From the human T2T-CHM13v2.0 reference genome, Homo sapiens: DNA of 64,000 nucleotides. Within the stretch, counting starts at the first letter, position 1; every line of letters starts with the position of its first letter. The stretch is taken from assembly GCF_009914755.1 (NCBI RefSeq), contig NC_060926.1; one strand, written 5' to 3'. The notes under the pieces are model-generated. The model made no database searches. It was not told the origin of the DNA and worked only from the letters and a program-made list of their open reading frames with translations. A program made the translations under genes and the position numbers. Positions 60,159 through 64,000 of the stretch are shown piece by piece.

Positions 60159-61278
60159 TCCAATAATCCTTGAAGGAGTGACTTCTAAGCCCTAGATGGG
60201 AAAGTACTGATTCTTGGGTGGAGAGTAAGGCTGTCATGGTAGGTAGGGGAGATAATATTGAAAAAGGAGAAGGGAGCAGAAGGGTTTCAAAGAAAAATCA
60301 CATTTCCCATTTATTTGGGGGCCAGGGATTGCCAGGATGTTATACTGAAATAGTTTTGGGGTTGGGGTGGGTGGGAACAGAGCTTTGAAAGGCATAGGGC
60401 ATGTTTTAAATTTTTATTTATCTAAAGAACTATTTTTTTGAAAAACTGAAAAATACAGGAGAGTAAAATGAAGAAAATTAAAGCCTATTCGTATTCTTAG
60501 TACCCAGAATGATCCATTGTTAACAGATGGCATCTTCGTTTGTAGGCTTCTGTTTTTTTTTCTGTTTGCATTTTAAAGAAAAATCACTGTTGTTTTTTCC
60601 AGGGAAGTTATATTTTACGGTGAGAAGCAAGGAAATGGGCTAGAGAGATGGGAGGAAGGAAAGAGATAACAAAAGCCAAAGAGACTTCTTGCATCTTCTT
60701 ACTTTGTTTCTTCACGTCGATCTTTTCTTTTCTGCCTGAGCAAGGGAGGCTGAATTACTTGAAGTGTTGAAGGGCTCTTTAACTGCACTCGGTATTCAAG
60801 GGGATGTTTTATGGCACCACGATGATCTGGTTTACTGCTAAGGAGCAGATGCCCATGGCACAAAACTCAGGTAATAACTGAGTTTGGAGGCTCAGGAAAG
60901 ACAGATAATTTTGAATGAATGTAGTATTTAGTAATGATTAACCACCAGAAAGTCGGGAAATCATTCATTATGAGTATAGTCTGGGAGGTTAATTTTTTTC
61001 TGTTTTCTTTCTGGCTATTTAGATATTTTCCACTTCAGTAACTACTTTTTAATTCCAGCTAAGTGAATTTGGAATTCCAAACATTCCTGGAAATATAAAC
61101 TTTTAGTATCTGAAAATCAAGTAAGAGTGAGTGTTGTACATTCTTTGTGCAACACACATTCCATCTGCGGCTGGGACATCTCTCTGCTTGGAACAAAAGT
61201 TGTAAGACGAAAGTTTGATCTCTAACCTTTTCATCCTGGCCCTTTTGGAAGCAGAGTTGCTATCTATCCTTAAGATAC

Positions 61279-61592
61279 TGTAATTTATAAAGCAAAGAGG
61301 TTTAATTGATTCACAGTCCACATGACTGGGGAGGCCTCACAATCATGGTGGAAGGTGAGCAAGGAGCAAAGTCATGTCTTACATGGCTGCAGGTAAGAGA
61401 GCATGTGCAGGGGAACTCCCCTTTATAAAACCATCAGATTTCATGAGACTTATTCACTATCAGGAGACCAGCATGGGAAAGACCCATCCCCATGATTCAA
61501 TTACCTCCCACTGGGTCCCTCCCACTACACCTGGGAATAATGAGCTACAATTCAAGATGAGATTTGGGTGTGGACACAGCCAAACCATATCA
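61279..61592 (-). mobile_element. THE1 solo LTR with a deletion near its 3' end
   Basis: GGGGAGGCCTCACAATCATGG...CAGCCAAACCATATCA; perfect 5-bp TSD GATAC (61274-61278 / 61593-61597). Confidence 0.93.
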
Positions 61593-62059
61593 GATACCAA
61601 AAAGTGATCTTGGAAAAAATGATGGAATTCTGGAAAATAAAATGTGTCTTAATGAGGAATGTTAGGGAGAACTGTGCATATACAGGGAATTTGAAAGACC
61701 AAAGGCACAAGGTTGCCGATGTGAACTTGACCTGGAGGGTCAGACAGAGTTCTTTCTTGAAGGGAGAAGTGAATTCTTTCTTGAAGAGGCACATTTCCAG
61801 GTTTGTCACTGACTGTTTGTCCACAGGAGAACAAAGGTCACCTGTTAATGCCCCAGGCATGATGCTAGTTTCAGACGTTGCTCACTCTATGGGAAGAGGG
61901 AGAGAGTAGAATAGACACATTGGATTTGGGAGGTATATCTGTGGTTGTTGGGATGGGGGTATTTTTGAGTGCATTGTGATAAATCTGAGTTCCTTCCGAT
62001 GAATGTCAGAGACTTTGGGGAAAGAGAGCATAATGAATGGAGAGCAAATTAGAAATTAC

Positions 62060-62235
62060 AGTACTAGGTGAAACTTGAGTCTTGAGAAAAAGCCAGGCTG
62101 TAAAAGACCAGGGGAAGAGTGTTCTAGGAAGAGGGAACAGTGTGTACAAAGCTCTTGAGGCAGGAATGAACTTTGTGTGTTCAAGGAACAGAAAGAATGT
62201 CAGTGTGCTAGAGAACAGTGAGCAAGGGGGATAAT
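62060..62235 (-). mobile_element. L2 fragment (continues at about 62830-63135)
   Basis: GGGAAGAGTGTTCTAGGAAGAGGGAACAGTGTGTACAAAG...GAGGCAGGAATGA; later GGACCTTGTAAGCCATGG.AAGAATTTGGGATTT. Confidence 0.75.
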
Positions 62236-62269
62236 AACATACAATTAATTCAAAGACTGTAGTTGTTCA

Positions 62270-62815
62270 TACTGTCTACAACCTAGCAATTTTACTCTTA
62301 GGTATTTATCTAAGAGAGATGAGTGAATATGCCCATGAAAAGACCTGTACAAAAATGTTCACATCATTTTATTTATAATACCCCCAAGCTGGAAACTACC
62401 CAAATGTCCATTAACAATGGAATGAAAAAATTAATGTGGTACATTCATACGATGGATACTATCTAGTACTGAAAAAGACTGAACTCATGCTGTATGCAGT
62501 GATATGGATGAATCCCACGGGTATAATACTAAGAAAAAAGAGTCAGACATAAAAGAGTACATACTGTGTAATTTCATTTATACGAAGTCCAAGGACAGGT
62601 AAAATACTCTATAGTGATAGAAAGAATCATGGTATCTGTGGGGAGGTATTACCTGGGAAAGGACACCAGAGAGCCTTTTGGCATACTAAAAGTGTTTTAT
62701 ATCTTGATCTGGGTGGTGGTTATATGAGTGTATACATATAGATAAAAATTCAGCACGCCGTATACTTAAGACTTGTGCATTTTAAAAATGTATGTTATTC
62801 TTCAATTAAAAAAAG
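62270..62815 (+). mobile_element. L1ME-like 3' end
   Basis: TAGCAATTTTACTCTTAGGTATTTATC...CCCAAATGTCCATTAACAA...TATCTTGATCTGGGTGGTGGTTA...TCAATTAAAAAAA. Confidence 0.85.
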
Positions 62816-63229
62816 TAGAAAACATTTAAGTCATTGGTTAGGCAGACACCAGACTATGTAGGACCTTGTAAGCCATGGCAAGAATTTGGGATTTCACTCT
62901 AAGTACAATGGGAATTCATTGGACGGTTTCAGCAGGGTAGGAATGTGTGGCTGGATTGCATTTTTAAAAGATACTCTGCTGCCATGTCAGGAGTGATAGC
63001 ATGAAGAAAAGTTAGAGACCTTTGTGAAGTTCAGGCAAGAGAGGATGACATTGTGAACTAGCATTTCAGCACTAGAAATGGAAAGAAGTAGACAGATTTG
63101 AGATTTAATTTAAAGGTAGAGCTGACAGACCCACTGCTGGATTGTGGGTAGACAGAGGTGCTGAGTCCAATGTGACGCGATGCTGGCAGCAATGGAAGGA
63201 GTCTGCTGGTGAGGAGCACAGACTGTTGC

Positions 63230-63602
63230 TTGGCTCCCAGCACCTGCTGTCCTGGGAAGCACATGGCATCCCTGGTAATGAGGACTGTACAGCATTTCTC
63301 TGACTTCCTTACAGCTAGGTACGAGCATGTGACTAAATTCTTGTTTGATCATGCCTTTAAAGGATAAGGGCATGGCTGTCCCTTCCTGGTGGCTGGAATG
63401 CTGCTCCATGGTAATGAGCCATCTGCAATAGGTGGACAAGGAAGACACCTTAGGGATGACGATGCAGCAACATAGAAGGAGCCTGGACCCTTGACTTTAC
63501 AGAGCTGAGCTCTCAAACAAGCTTAGACTTTTATGTGAGCAAGAAATAAACCTCGGCTAAGCCACTACAATTTTGGGTTTCTTTTGCATGCAGCCAAACC
63601 CA
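63230..63602 (+). mobile_element. Old MLT1 LTR
   Basis: CAGCTAGGTACGAGCATGTGACTAAATTC...TAGAAGGAGCCTGG...AAGAAATAAACC...AAGCCACT...TGCAGCCAAACC. Confidence 0.75.
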
Positions 63603-64000
63603 CGGCAGATCAAGCATTCTCCCCAGGCCTATAAGACATTGAAGTCTTTCAGCAGTTGGATAGGTGAGTCAGAGCCCAAGAATGGGGGTGGAGATGGAAA
63701 TCTGAGAATCATTAGCATGTGGTACCTAAAGTTCACCTACTTATCTACCTGCTTCTACAAACTTGACTTATTGCCTAGCCTTAGCTATTGGTGCCAGCAT
63801 TTGTATCAAACTCATTGCTCTCAGGTCTCAGGCCCTTGAGGTCCACTGTAAAAACAGCTTGTGAAGAGCTTCTAGGTCCCCATGTTCCTCTCTCCTGTAC
63901 TGAATGCCCTGTGCTCTACTGCCAGCTGGTCACACTCATGTTGGCTCTTAACTATGAACAGCTTTGAGTTGTTGTGGAATTGTTCTAAGTACCTATGCCT

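Overview
Primate, almost certainly human, non-coding genomic DNA: two near-consensus AluYa5 copies, a human-specific subfamily, are present. It reads as gene-desert or large-intron sequence, and I found no intact protein-coding gene or convincing coding exon. The only gene-derived sequence is a disabled processed KRT18 pseudogene (about 19219-20613). It is inserted into the 5' LTR of an old two-LTR MLT1 (MaLR) element and has an Alu sitting in its poly-A tail. Much of the rest is interspersed repeat: about 13 Alu/FLAM copies, old L1 pieces, L2, MIR, MaLR/ERVL LTRs and MER5/MER20/MER2 DNA transposons. Several repeat-free blocks rich in homeodomain/TALE motifs (about 8.0-9.4 kb, 14.9-16.3 kb, 40.5-41.1 kb, 54.0-54.75 kb) look like developmental enhancers; this is inference only. 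The most unusual structure is the 3.9-kb L1MC-like element at 56261-60158. It is bracketed by a diverged direct repeat of about 100-130 bp, a candidate giant target-site duplication. It also carries a much younger copy of about 200 bp of its own 3' UTR inserted next to the reverse-transcriptase catalytic motif. I see no evidence for a wholly new biological system. Repeat subfamily names come from recalled consensus sequences and need RepeatMasker/Dfam confirmation.
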